This document shows positions 1 to 9,810 of a stretch of DNA of 64,000 bases, in pieces. Both the position numbers and the translations under genes were made by a program. The DNA comes from an uncultured Phycisphaeraceae bacterium. Its GTDB lineage: Bacteria > Planctomycetota > Phycisphaerae > Phycisphaerales > Phycisphaeraceae. Each line of letters starts with the position of its first letter. Position 1 is the first letter of the stretch. A model generated the notes under the pieces. The model saw nothing but the letters and a program-made list of their open reading frames with translations, was not told where the DNA came from and searched no databases. The DNA is taken from contig CAZJMK010000011.1 of NCBI GenBank assembly GCA_964547135.1, forward strand, positions 2,881 to 66,880. The letters are read 5' to 3'.

Positions 1-534
1 CCGACAAGCGGTGAATCAACTGGTTCATGGTTTTGCGATAGGCAGTCAGCTTGCTTGCACGTTGATCGGAAGGCAACCGATGAATCACCGGCGGAGTCAT
101 GGTTTTTGCTAGTAACGACAAGCGTTGAAACAGCACAATGCGTTCCAGGGAATCAGTCTGATACTCGGCCTGGGCGACCTGTTTTTTCAATGCTTTGTAA
201 TGGTCTTCCATTTCGTGCATCAGGTCTTCGAGGTCCGGGCCTGCGGGTCGCGCCGAGGCCTGCTCGGTTTTCACCGGCGATGTCGCGGCAACCGGAGCAG
301 GTTTGCTGGTGACAGGGGCGGGGGTAGCCGCGGGTGCAGCGTTGGTATTTGCAGCCGAGGGCGCAGCAACCGGGGGCGTGGCTGGGGCGGAGGGAACCGG
401 TTTCATCGGCTCGGCAGCGGGGGCCGGGGCCGGGGCCGGGGGCTTGCTTGCATGCGCATCGGCCCATACCACTGCCTGCCAACCCATCACGATCAGACCG
501 ATGCAAACCAGCGACATTGATACGCGATGCAACA
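1..534 (-). CDS. secreted protein with N-terminal signal peptide and Pro/Ala-rich linker; partial, continues past window start
   Basis: Hand translation of the minus strand from the ATG at 534 gives MLHRVSMSLVCIGLIVMGWQAVVWA, then a PAPAPA-rich low-complexity stretch and a helical C-terminal region. The frame stays open to nt 1. It is absent from the ORF track because it is incomplete. Confidence 0.5.
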
Positions 535-715
535 TCGTGAACTCCTTGAAAAATAAGTAGATTGAAACAAACGCGTTATGCTACGAAGAACCGAATCTCA
601 CCGCAGAGAACGCAGAGATCGCAGAGAATCATTTTTTCAAACAAACCAAGACGCAAAGAAAACCGTTTAACGGGAATTGGCTACGAAGACCCGATGGACA
701 CGAAAAAGATTTATG

Positions 716-804
716 TAGCTAGGGGCTAGTCGCTTGGAGCTAGGTAAAACAACCATTGCCAATGATTCTGCCCAGCCCCTAGCTACTAGCACCCAGCTAC
801 TAGG
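716..804. repeat. gene-less MITE-like element of the GGGGCTAGGGGCTGGG inverted-repeat family
   Basis: gtagctaggggctagtcgcttggagctagg ... ctgcccagcccctagctactagcacccagctactagg. Confidence 0.7.
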
Positions 805-850
805 CAATTCGGCATTCACTGTGGTGAATTTTTCTGCGCTCATCCACCCA

Positions 851-1765
851 TCACGGATTCTTCTTTTCTTCACTGCTTCCGCCGAACAAATTACCGATAC
901 CCTTGCCCAAATCTTCGACGCCCTTGGTCACGTCCTTGGTGGCCCCTTTCACGGCTTCGCCCGCGCCCTTGGCGACATCGCCCACTGCCTGCACCGCACC
1001 TTCACCCATTTGGCCGATCTTTCCGCCCAGGTCGCCCACCACATTCACCCCCAGCGATGCCAGTGATGACAACCCCTCCAGCCCTTTGCCCAGTTCGCCC
1101 AGCACGTCGGACGGCAGAATGCCCTTGCCCGCTTCAAACACGCTCGCCAACGTCGCCTGCGTGATGATCTGTGTCAGTTGCCCCATCGTCACGCCCGATC
1201 CATCCGACCCCACATTTTGCAAATGAATCTCCGGCACCTTCACCACCAACGGCCCACCCACCGGCAACACATCCGCACGCACCGTCACGTCCCGAATCAA
1301 CACATCCTTCACCACAAACTTTTTGCCCTCTTTGCCGGGCGTCGGCGGCGGAGCCTTCTGCGACTGGTCCGAGGTTTTCAGGTTGTCCAATATCGCCTGG
1401 TAGTTGGCCTTGCCGCCCTTTTTTTCCAGGTACAAATCAATGCCCGTCAGTTGCAGCGAAGGTATTTCCACCACCGGCTGAGTCAGCGAACCCAGACTCA
1501 CCGCCACGGAACCATCGCCCAGCGTCATGAAATGCGGGCCGTTGAACCCCGTCGGATTGGCGATGTTCAACTCCTTCAAACTCGCCTGCCCCGAAGTGAT
1601 GCCGATGTTCACCCCCCCCAGCGTCGTGTTCACGCCCAGCGTTTGCGTGGCTCCGACCTCAATGCCCTTGCGTGCCAGCACGTCGATGTAAATCACCAGC
1701 GCCACGATCGCCACCACCAGCAACAACACCAACACGCCGACGATAATGCCCAGTTTCTTCAACAT
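851..1765 (-). CDS. membrane-anchored hypothetical protein (N-terminal TM helix, Gly-rich C-terminal half)
   Basis: 304-aa ORF with a strongly hydrophobic N-terminus (LGIIVGVLVLLLVVAIVALVIYI). Repeated GxG/VG motifs follow. No recognisable catalytic motif. Confidence 0.45.
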   Translation of the reverse strand: MLKKLGIIVGVLVLLLVVAIVALVIYIDVLARKGIEVGATQTLGVNTTLGGVNIGITSGQASLKELNIANPTGFNGPHFMTLGDGSVAVSLGSLTQPVVEIPSLQLTGIDLYLEKKGGKANYQAILDNLKTSDQSQKAPPPTPGKEGKKFVVKDVLIRDVTVRADVLPVGGPLVVKVPEIHLQNVGSDGSGVTMGQLTQIITQATLASVFEAGKGILPSDVLGELGKGLEGLSSLASLGVNVVGDLGGKIGQMGEGAVQAVGDVAKGAGEAVKGATKDVTKGVEDLGKGIGNLFGGSSEEKKNP

Positions 1766-2013
1766 GATGGAACTCCTTTTTTAACTAGAACCCCATGAAA
1801 CCCCACTCGGCCACTGCTTTTAATACCCAAGTCCACACCGCTACAGCAATTCACCCTTGGCTTGTTGTTGTCGATTCGACGGCTTCAACAGCAAGGCTTC
1901 CCGCTAAATCCGAAATTCGAAATCTTCCCTGCACCGGGCCACTTCCGCTTCTGGTTGATGTTACTCTAGGCGGATACCTTACCCAATTCTCACGGGCTTG
2001 AGGCGGCCTTGCT

Positions 2014-3204
2014 ATGTCACTCGCAAACACGCCAACTCGTTTCATGCAACGCGCCCTGCAACTGGCAGCACGGGGACGCGGCTACGTTCAGCCCAACCCC
2101 ATGGTCGGCTGCGTATTGGTGCGTGACAACCGCATCGTCGCTGAAGGCTTTCACCAGCGTTATGGCCAGGCTCATGCGGAAGTCATGGCCCTGCGCGATG
2201 CACAAACCAAAGGCATCGACACCACGGGGCTTCATGCCTACGTCACGCTTGAACCCTGTTGCCACTTTGGCAAAACCCCGCCCTGTGTGCAGGCTTTGAT
2301 TGCTGCCAAAGTGGGTCATGTCTCGGCTGCGATGGTCGATCCGTTCCCAGCCGTGAGCGGTAAAGGGTTGCAACAACTCAAGCAGGCGGGCATCCGCACA
2401 TCGGTGGGTTTGTGTGAAGCCGAGGCTCGCCAACTCAATGCTGCGTTCATCAAACGTTGTGAACAGGGGTTGCCCTGGGTGATGCTCAAATGGGCGCAGA
2501 CACTCGATGGGTACATTGCCACCCGCAACGGGCACAGTCAATGGGTCAGCGGCCCGCAGGCGCGTCGCTGGGTACATCAGCAGCGCAGCTGGGTCGATGT
2601 CATCATGACCGGCATCGGCACGGTACTGGCTGACGACCCGCAATTGACCGCCCGAGGCGTGAAGCTGCGTCGCGTCGCACGTCGAGTCGTGATTGATCCG
2701 TCACTCAAACTGCCCTTGCACAGTCGGCTGGTGCAATCACTGCGTGAAAGCGAATCGGCAGCAGCGTTGACGGTGGCGGTGCACGAGCAGGGGCTGCGTG
2801 AACCCGTGGGCGAATGGTCGGACAAACTCAATACCCTGCGCAAACTGGGAGTTGAAGTGATTGGGTTGCCGGTTTGGGCAACGGGTGAATCGACCCGTAC
2901 CGCGGCAGCATCGTTGCTTGATTTGCGACCATTGATGAAACACTTGTTAGAAGCACACCGAGCCGGCAACGTTTGGGTCGAAGGCGGGGCACGGTTGAAC
3001 GGGGCACTGCTGGCACAGGGCTTGGCGGATCAGGTGCTTGCCATCGTTGCCCCGAAGTGGTTGGGTGACCCGCAGGCCTTGCATGCAATGGTGTTACCTG
3101 CCGGGTCTGCGAACGCCATGGAAAACATGGATCACGCACATCGACTGACCCTGCAACAGTTGCGTCGCCTGGGCGATGATGTGTTGTTGGATTACCGGGT
3201 GTAA
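2014..3204 (+). CDS. ribD: bifunctional riboflavin biosynthesis protein RibD (pyrimidine deaminase / reductase)
   Basis: CMP/dCMP-type deaminase zinc motifs (HAEVMAL and PCCHFGKTPPC) at the N-terminus. A RibG-type reductase domain follows (LPWVMLKWAQTLDGYIA). Confidence 0.9.
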   Translation: MSLANTPTRFMQRALQLAARGRGYVQPNPMVGCVLVRDNRIVAEGFHQRYGQAHAEVMALRDAQTKGIDTTGLHAYVTLEPCCHFGKTPPCVQALIAAKVGHVSAAMVDPFPAVSGKGLQQLKQAGIRTSVGLCEAEARQLNAAFIKRCEQGLPWVMLKWAQTLDGYIATRNGHSQWVSGPQARRWVHQQRSWVDVIMTGIGTVLADDPQLTARGVKLRRVARRVVIDPSLKLPLHSRLVQSLRESESAAALTVAVHEQGLREPVGEWSDKLNTLRKLGVEVIGLPVWATGESTRTAAASLLDLRPLMKHLLEAHRAGNVWVEGGARLNGALLAQGLADQVLAIVAPKWLGDPQALHAMVLPAGSANAMENMDHAHRLTLQQLRRLGDDVLLDYRV

Positions 3205-3592
3205 AGCCGACGCGACAAGTCGCAGCGTTCACCAGCAATGTGGCACCGCCGCCCTCGGCGGTGTGAACGTCGATGGTGATTCACCCAGCCGGGGGCGGCT
3301 GGGCTACCACCGGCAGCTCGCTTTTCACGCCAAGTCGCCAAGGTGCCAAGCCGCCAAGAAAACCAGACATCGGAAATAGACCACGATGACACGAAGTAAG
3401 AAGCGGCCGAGTGCCAGAACCAAGCCAAGAACGAGGCTGGCAAGCCGAGGGCTTGGGTATGGTTTCGTGACTCGGACATAAATTGTATTTGTCTTCACTT
3501 GGCCACTTGACCACTCGACCACTTCATATGACGCGATAAATTGCGGCGTTGACCAGCAATGTGGCACCTCTGCCTGATATGATGCAGCGACT

Positions 3593-4198
3593 ATGTCGGC
3601 TACCGACCCACCCCGCGAGCACGCATCTTCCGCCGCCAAGCCGGTCATTTTCCAGCAACTTGATCGCTGTCAATCGTATCCTTACCCGTTGAGTTTTTAC
3701 CTTCGCCGAGCTTTGTGGGAATGGGTGCAGCGCTTGTTCATCCGACTCAGCCCGCGACGTGCTCACGGTTGGCGACGATTCTGGCTCCGCCTTTTTGGGG
3801 CCGACATCACCGGGCGCAGCGGGTTTTCCTCGCGCGTCTGCATCATGCACCCCTGGCTGCTAAAAGTCGGTCAATATTCCATGCTCGGCGACCATGTCCA
3901 CGTGTACAACCTTGGCCCGATCACCATCGGCGACCACACCGTCATTTCACAAGACGTTTACCTCTGTGCCGGGACGCATGATTACACACAGCCCGACCTG
4001 CCGCTCGTTCGCCCTTCCATCACCATCGGCAGCGGCGTTTGGATTTGTGCCGGTGCGTTCATCGGCCCGGGTGTCACCATCGGCGACAACGCCATCGTCG
4101 GCGCAAGGGCGGTGGTCACCAAAGATGTGCCCCCCGGCATGATCGTTGCCGGCAACCCGGCCAGGGTGATCAAAGTTCGTCCGATGGCGTGTCGATGA
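3593..4198 (+). CDS. WcaF-like hexapeptide-repeat O-acetyltransferase
   Basis: Left-handed beta-helix hexapeptide repeats (IGDHTVISQDVYLCAGTHD, IGSGVWICAGAFIGPGVTIGDNAIVGARAVV). The N-terminal membrane-proximal region is typical of colanic-acid WcaF-type acetyltransferases. Confidence 0.8.
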   Translation: MSATDPPREHASSAAKPVIFQQLDRCQSYPYPLSFYLRRALWEWVQRLFIRLSPRRAHGWRRFWLRLFGADITGRSGFSSRVCIMHPWLLKVGQYSMLGDHVHVYNLGPITIGDHTVISQDVYLCAGTHDYTQPDLPLVRPSITIGSGVWICAGAFIGPGVTIGDNAIVGARAVVTKDVPPGMIVAGNPARVIKVRPMACR

Positions 4199-5283
4199 TC
4201 GCAAGGATGGATGAACGGTGTTTGACCAGAGCCAAACAACTTACCGCGATAAATGAGACCCGTATGCCAACCAAAGCAACTTCAACTTCCGTATCGCCCG
4301 TGCCGCCGGACCCACGGGTTCATGAATGGGTCGCGCAACTGCAACCCCAGCGTCAGCCTTCCGGCCATTGGCCGGCTCTGCACTCGGTTCCCGTTTCGGT
4401 GTTGGTCCCCGTGAAAAACGAAGCCAACAACATTGTGGAATGTCTGAGGCACCTGAGTTGGGCCGACCAACTGGTCGTGGTGGACAGCCAATCCATGGAT
4501 CAGACCGTGCCCATGGCTCAGGCGATGGGTGCGGATGTGTATCAGTTTTACATGTCGCCGGAAGGTTGGCCCAAAAAGCGCAACTGGGCGATCGAAACCG
4601 TTCAGTGGCGAAACCCCTGGTTGCTGGTGATGGACGCTGACGAACACATGACCCCGGAACTGACGCAGGAGGTGGTTCAGGTGGTCACCGGAAAACATCA
4701 ACCCAAAGATGCGCGCTCTGCTGGTTGCGGCGATGGTTACTGGGTCAATCGTCGCTTCATGTTCATGGGCCAATGGATCAAACACTGCGGCTATTACCCC
4801 AGCTACAACGTTCGCCTCTTCAAGCATGCCATCGGGCGGTACGAACGCATGGCCAGGGTCGGCAACACCAACTCCGGCGACAACGAAGTCCACGAACACG
4901 TCATCCTCTCCACCGGCCAACCCGGTTATCTTCAGCACGACTTTCTGCACTACGCTTACCCGGACCTTTACGCCTGGGTCGAAAAACACAATCGCTATTC
5001 CAACTGGGAAGCCCATGTCATGACTGCCGGCAACCAGGGCCAGCTCAAAAGTAATTTGTTCGGCAACGCCCTGGAACGTCGCCGCTGGATCAAGCGCTTT
5101 GCTTCGCACCTGCCCATGCGGCCCACCCTGCGCTTTATTTACAACTACCTCTTCCGCGCCGGGTTTCTCGACGGCTACCCGGGTTATGTCATGTGTCGTC
5201 TCTTGGGGTGGTACGAGTTTGTCTCGCTGGCCAAATACCACGAATTAAAACGCGGTTCCCCGCACACCCAGCAGCGCAAGTAA
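4195..5283 (+). CDS. family-2 glycosyltransferase
   Basis: GT2 signature (VSVLVPVKNEANNIVECL..VVVDSQSMDQT..VMDADEHM). The ATG at 4195 overlaps the upstream stop as ATGA, suggesting translational coupling. The track's longer start at 4039 is an Arg/His-rich out-of-context extension. Confidence 0.75.
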   Translation: MIARMDERCLTRAKQLTAINETRMPTKATSTSVSPVPPDPRVHEWVAQLQPQRQPSGHWPALHSVPVSVLVPVKNEANNIVECLRHLSWADQLVVVDSQSMDQTVPMAQAMGADVYQFYMSPEGWPKKRNWAIETVQWRNPWLLVMDADEHMTPELTQEVVQVVTGKHQPKDARSAGCGDGYWVNRRFMFMGQWIKHCGYYPSYNVRLFKHAIGRYERMARVGNTNSGDNEVHEHVILSTGQPGYLQHDFLHYAYPDLYAWVEKHNRYSNWEAHVMTAGNQGQLKSNLFGNALERRRWIKRFASHLPMRPTLRFIYNYLFRAGFLDGYPGYVMCRLLGWYEFVSLAKYHELKRGSPHTQQRK

Positions 5284-5366
5284 ATGCACAACGCCTCAGT
5301 CGGGGCTGCGGATGCTTTTACCCAGTCAAGGGTACATCACGCGGCAGTTGCCTGCGTTGTCTGTGC

Positions 5367-5975
5367 TCAAGCAGGAGTACTTTGCGGAAGGTGGTGCGGC
5401 GTTCGATCCCGCTGGCGGATCACACGGCAAGGGTTCCCCGCAGCATATGTCCATTCCGGGATGTCCTTGGTCACCACCGACCCCGCACCAATCACCGTAC
5501 CGGCCCCGATCACCACCCCCGGCAGAATCAACGCCTTGGCACCGACAAACACATCCGCGCCGATTTCAATGTCGCCCACCATCAGTTCCATCGTCGGCGA
5601 ATTGAAATCATGCGTCCCGCCACACACATACACATGCTGCGCGATGACCGCTTTGCTGCGCACAATCACATGACCAAGGTTGTAGATTTCCGCATGAGGC
5701 CCGATACACGCTCGATCCTCTATTTCCAACTGCCAGGGATACTTGACGATCATGGATGGTGCGACAAACGGCCGACCGGTGATCCTGCATCCGAAACAAC
5801 GCAGCAATAACAGTCGCCAGGTAACGAAAAAGGAGGGAACCTTGGGCGTTGGACGAAATAAACAAAACCATACCACGTGCCAGAGTACGGCGTAAATCAA
5901 CTGGCTTTTGGACCAGGGCGAAGCATAACGCCCCGCCTGGGTTTTGGTCCGCAATCGCTCCGAGGGTTTGGTCAT
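5367..5975 (-). CDS. WcaF-like hexapeptide-repeat O-acetyltransferase (paralog of 3593-4198)
   Basis: Same N-terminal architecture and hexapeptide repeats (IGADVFVGAKALILPGVVIGAGTVIGAGSVV). Convergent with the first copy. Confidence 0.8.
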   Translation of the reverse strand: MTKPSERLRTKTQAGRYASPWSKSQLIYAVLWHVVWFCLFRPTPKVPSFFVTWRLLLLRCFGCRITGRPFVAPSMIVKYPWQLEIEDRACIGPHAEIYNLGHVIVRSKAVIAQHVYVCGGTHDFNSPTMELMVGDIEIGADVFVGAKALILPGVVIGAGTVIGAGSVVTKDIPEWTYAAGNPCRVIRQRDRTPHHLPQSTPA

Positions 5976-7120
5976 CGTGGTTGACCCAATAGTCGGGTGA
6001 ATTCTTTCAGATACAGGTCGGCCACGGCTTCGTTACTGAACGCCAGACTGCGTGCCGCCCCCTGTTTGGATATACGCTCATACAGCTCTTGGTCGTTTAA
6101 AAGTCGATTGAGCTGTTCAGCCAAGGCGAGGGCTGGATCATCGCGGCGATGATCAAACACCAGGCCGGTCTGCCCTTCATCGACAAAATCCGCAAAGCAA
6201 TCAAGCTTGGAAACCACCACCGGCAAACCCGTGGCCATCGCTTCCAATGGAGCCACGCCAAAGGTTTCCCCCTTTTCCGCCAGCGATGGATAACAATACA
6301 CATGGGCCTGGTGCATCGCCAGACGCAGGGCGTCACGATCATAAATCGGCGGAACAAATTCCACCGGCAGACCTTGTGCCAATTCCCGAAGTTCGTTCAG
6401 ATAAGCATCGCCCCCGCCACCTCGCTCGGTTTCATGCGGACCGATGATGCGCAAACGCAGCGATGGCATACGCTGATGCAGATGTGCAAAGGCCTGGATT
6501 AAAACATGGAGTCCCTTTTCAGGATGAACGCGCCCGGTGAACAGTATCGTGGCGGATTCCTTGGCCGGGTGCTGTCGGGGTTGTGACGGAGGGAAAAAAG
6601 CGTGAACGTTGATCGGGTTGGGCACCACCACGGTACGTTCACATAACGCCGGTACCAACGCGCACACCGCCTGACGCGTGGCCTGTGACACCGCCAACAA
6701 CCCATCCAGTTTGCCGTACCAGCGGAAGTGCCGCTTGGGCATGCGCTGCACGTTATAAACCACGCACCGTGCTTTTTGACGCAACCGATCCGCCAGAATC
6801 GGCAGCCAGAAACTGTTGATCATGACGACATCGCAATCGGGTATCCGCCGAGCCACGCGATGGGCGTAGAACAGGTCCTTGATAATATTGATGTAGATCG
6901 AGTCGGTCGCATTCCCTGCCTTGACATAGTCGTAATGGACCCCTTCATAAACACCGGGGGCAGGCAATACCGGGTCGTGCCGACAAATCACCGTCACCTG
7001 ATGATCGCCCAGTGCCATCTGTTTGGCGATATCCACCCAGATACGTTCGACCGCCCCGGCGGGTGCCGGTGGAATCGACAAAAAGGGACCCAAGGCAATC
7101 ACAATTCGCATGACCGGCAT
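5972..7120 (-). CDS. family-4 (GT-B) glycosyltransferase
   Basis: C-terminal GT4 motif EKGETFGVAPLEAMATGLPVVVS. 4-bp overlap with the downstream acetyltransferase. Confidence 0.8.
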   Translation of the reverse strand: MPVMRIVIALGPFLSIPPAPAGAVERIWVDIAKQMALGDHQVTVICRHDPVLPAPGVYEGVHYDYVKAGNATDSIYINIIKDLFYAHRVARRIPDCDVVMINSFWLPILADRLRQKARCVVYNVQRMPKRHFRWYGKLDGLLAVSQATRQAVCALVPALCERTVVVPNPINVHAFFPPSQPRQHPAKESATILFTGRVHPEKGLHVLIQAFAHLHQRMPSLRLRIIGPHETERGGGGDAYLNELRELAQGLPVEFVPPIYDRDALRLAMHQAHVYCYPSLAEKGETFGVAPLEAMATGLPVVVSKLDCFADFVDEGQTGLVFDHRRDDPALALAEQLNRLLNDQELYERISKQGAARSLAFSNEAVADLYLKEFTRLLGQPR

Positions 7121-7260
7121 TGTACGAATATTTCCGCCTTTCCCGCTTTCGGTTGTAAATTTTCTGTTTGCTTGAGCCTTGCGCTCGGAATCATGATAAA
7201 GTCATGATTGTGTCGCAACCTGTGCATTTGGCTTGCACCAATCGTTGACGGAAACATCAA

Positions 7261-8610
7261 GTGGCGGAAAAAACTTTGGGTCAACAAGGTCTTTCGTTGC
7301 CGCAGGTGGTGGCGGGGGGTTATTGTGTCGGCTGTGGTGCCTGTGCTGCCGGACATCCTCAGGTGCAGGTGCGTCTGAATGCTCACGGCAAATACGAACC
7401 CACTCTTTTGGATGACGGACAAAATGCCGCGGAATGTCCGATGTCTTCCGCCGGGATGAACGAAGACGCCCTGGCGTTGCAATGGTTTCCGATGGCCCCC
7501 CATGCTGACCCCAAAGCCGGTCGCTTTGAAGCCTGTTACGCCAGCTGGGTGAGCGATGAATCGGCAAGAATGGCCAGCAGTTCCGGCGGCATGGCCACCT
7601 GGTTGGCGGTGCAAATGTTGCGGCAGGGTTTGATCGATGGCGTGGCGCATGTTCACCCACGCATACCCACCGATAATGACGACCGATTGTTTGCATATCA
7701 CCTTTCTCGCAGTGAAAGCGATATCCGTGCCGGGGCCAAATCCCGTTACTATGCGGTGGAAATGTCCGGGGTTTTACGGCAAATCCGCGAACAACCCGGA
7801 CGATATGCGGTGATCGGTGTGCCCTGCTTCATCAAAGCGGTTCGACTGTTGCAGCAGTCCGAGCCGATTTTCCGGGAGCGGATTGCACATACGATCAGTA
7901 TTCTTTGTGGTCAAATGAAAAGCACCTGGTACGGTCAGGCCCTGGCTTGGCAGACAGGCGTGGCACCCGGAAATATTCGCGCTTTGGATTTCCGTTACAA
8001 GATGAGTGGGAAGCCGGCCTCGTCCTATCACCTGGCCGTGCAACCTCGCGACGGCAGCGATCCGCATATCGTGCCGGTGGGCGAACTGTTCGGCGGCGAT
8101 TGGGGCATGGGCTGTCTGAAATACGAAGCCTGCGATTATTGCGATGACATACTCGGCGAAACCGCGGATGTGGCCTTGGGCGATGCCTGGTTGCCCAAAT
8201 ATGTTCATGATTCACGCGGAACCAATGTCCTTATCGTACGTCAACCTGCGCTGCACGATTTGCTGCGTCGCGGAGCCAACGACCATGCCATCGTATTGGA
8301 ACCGCTGGCGGCGGAGGCTGCCGTGCAGTCGCAGATTGCCGCATTCCGCCATCGGCGAACCGGGCTGGCGTATCGGCTGCACTTGAAGCAGCGTCAAGGC
8401 ATCGCTTACCCGGTCAAACGGGTGACACCCTCAGCCGGGCTGTCGTTGAAAATGCGCTTGAACTTCCGCATTCGGATGCTGATCACGCGTTCGAGTTTTT
8501 ACTGGTATGAAAGAGCGCTGCGGGCTGGGGATATCCGGGTGTACCTGCGCGGGATGAAAAAGTGGGCGTTGATTTATTCGATCTGGAAACGACTGCGTGC
8601 CCGGCGTTAA
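7261..8610 (+). CDS. coenzyme F420 hydrogenase/dehydrogenase beta-subunit-like protein (polysaccharide-locus type)
   Basis: N-terminal CVGCGAC Fe-S motif and SSSGGMATW FrhB-family motif. This family is usually paired with pyruvyl transferases in EPS loci. Confidence 0.7.
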   Translation: MAEKTLGQQGLSLPQVVAGGYCVGCGACAAGHPQVQVRLNAHGKYEPTLLDDGQNAAECPMSSAGMNEDALALQWFPMAPHADPKAGRFEACYASWVSDESARMASSSGGMATWLAVQMLRQGLIDGVAHVHPRIPTDNDDRLFAYHLSRSESDIRAGAKSRYYAVEMSGVLRQIREQPGRYAVIGVPCFIKAVRLLQQSEPIFRERIAHTISILCGQMKSTWYGQALAWQTGVAPGNIRALDFRYKMSGKPASSYHLAVQPRDGSDPHIVPVGELFGGDWGMGCLKYEACDYCDDILGETADVALGDAWLPKYVHDSRGTNVLIVRQPALHDLLRRGANDHAIVLEPLAAEAAVQSQIAAFRHRRTGLAYRLHLKQRQGIAYPVKRVTPSAGLSLKMRLNFRIRMLITRSSFYWYERALRAGDIRVYLRGMKKWALIYSIWKRLRARR

Positions 8611-8652
8611 AAAGCAGCCCGTTCACCCACCATCGAGGCCCGTGAGTATTGC

Positions 8653-9783
8653 ATGAAAGTCGGCATCCTGAATCTTTATTATTCGTTCAACTACGGCGCC
8701 GTGCTGCAGGCTTATGCCTTGCAGGAAGTGTTGCGCAGTTTGGGAACGGAGCCGGAGTACCTGAATTTTCGCCCCCAGGGCGAGGGTATCATCCAGCCCA
8801 AACCCTGGTATCTGCGCATGGATTTATTGCGCAACCGCCCCGTGATGAAACTGATGCATCTGCGCCAGATATCGCAGATGCGTCGGAATTTTGAACTGTT
8901 TCGCAGCAGATACCTGCAGCAATCCCCCGCCTTCGCCGGTGCGGATGATTTTCGCCGGTACGCCTCGCAATACGATGCCCTTGTGGTCGGCAGTGATCAG
9001 GTCTGGAACTGCTCCGAAAGACTGGTGCGGGAATTTTTTCTGGATTTTTCCCTGGACCGTCAGAAACGCATCAGCTATGCCGCCTGTTTCGGTCAACCTC
9101 TGCAACTGCCTCATGTGCCGGGAATCGTCGGACCCTTGCTGCGACGTTTTGATCATCTGAGTGTGCGTAACACAGCTTCGCAGGAACTGGTCCGGCAATA
9201 TGCCGATCGTGAATCGTTGATCACCGCCGACCCAACCCTGTTGCATGATTTTACCGAGTTGCTGATCGGCGAGAATCCGTTGGGCCGGCCTTACGTGATG
9301 GTGTACGCCCTGGACAAGGAGTTGGCTGGTCCGGGCAGCGTGTTGGCTCAAATCGTCGGGAAAAAGTTGGGCTTGCCCGTGGTCAGCGTGGTATCGCGGA
9401 TGCAGGTGGTGCAGGGGTGGACCTTCCTTGGTGCTGACCAACAATTATGGACCGTCAATGTGCCCCAGTGGTTGGCGCTGTTGCGTCATGCGGCCTTTGT
9501 CTGTACCGACTCGTTTCATGGCATGATGTTTGCCGCCAAGTTCAAACGCCCTCTGATTGCCTATCACGATAATGCACATCGTGCCGTGCGACTCATCGAC
9601 GCGGCGCGACGCTACGGATTGGAGCCTCGGCTGCTTCCGGCCAAGACTGAAGCGCAGGTGCCCGGCTTGGTATCTTCCGACATCGATTACCAGCCGATTC
9701 ACGACCAAATGCTCGCCCATGCACGCGAGTCACGCGCTTTCTTACAATCAGCTCTGCATACAACTACAACTGCCCCGCTCTGA
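8653..9783 (+). CDS. polysaccharide pyruvyl transferase (WcaK/CsaB family)
   Basis: N-terminal MKVGILNLYYSFNYGAVLQAYAL pattern and overall PS_pyruv_trans length. Immediately downstream of the FrhB-like gene. Confidence 0.75.
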   Translation: MKVGILNLYYSFNYGAVLQAYALQEVLRSLGTEPEYLNFRPQGEGIIQPKPWYLRMDLLRNRPVMKLMHLRQISQMRRNFELFRSRYLQQSPAFAGADDFRRYASQYDALVVGSDQVWNCSERLVREFFLDFSLDRQKRISYAACFGQPLQLPHVPGIVGPLLRRFDHLSVRNTASQELVRQYADRESLITADPTLLHDFTELLIGENPLGRPYVMVYALDKELAGPGSVLAQIVGKKLGLPVVSVVSRMQVVQGWTFLGADQQLWTVNVPQWLALLRHAAFVCTDSFHGMMFAAKFKRPLIAYHDNAHRAVRLIDAARRYGLEPRLLPAKTEAQVPGLVSSDIDYQPIHDQMLAHARESRAFLQSALHTTTTAPL

Positions 9784-9810
9784 CAAGACAAACCCATGTC
9801 CTGGCTGCCG

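Noticed and set aside
1178-1798. 206-aa His/Arg-rich plus-strand ORF
   Set aside because: Antisense to the 851-1765 membrane protein gene. Compositionally implausible.
1770-2013. FMN riboswitch upstream of ribD
   Set aside because: No match to the conserved FMN-element core. The region instead holds the CGACGGCTTCAACAGC..GAAATTCGAAAT repeat module.
4039-4194. Longer 5' extension of the GT2 ORF
   Set aside because: The extension is Arg/His/Cys-rich and overlaps the preceding acetyltransferase gene in another frame. The ATG at 4195 in an ATGA overlap is the more plausible start.
4282-5241. 319-aa minus-strand ORF
   Set aside because: Antisense to the GT2 gene that has clear family motifs.
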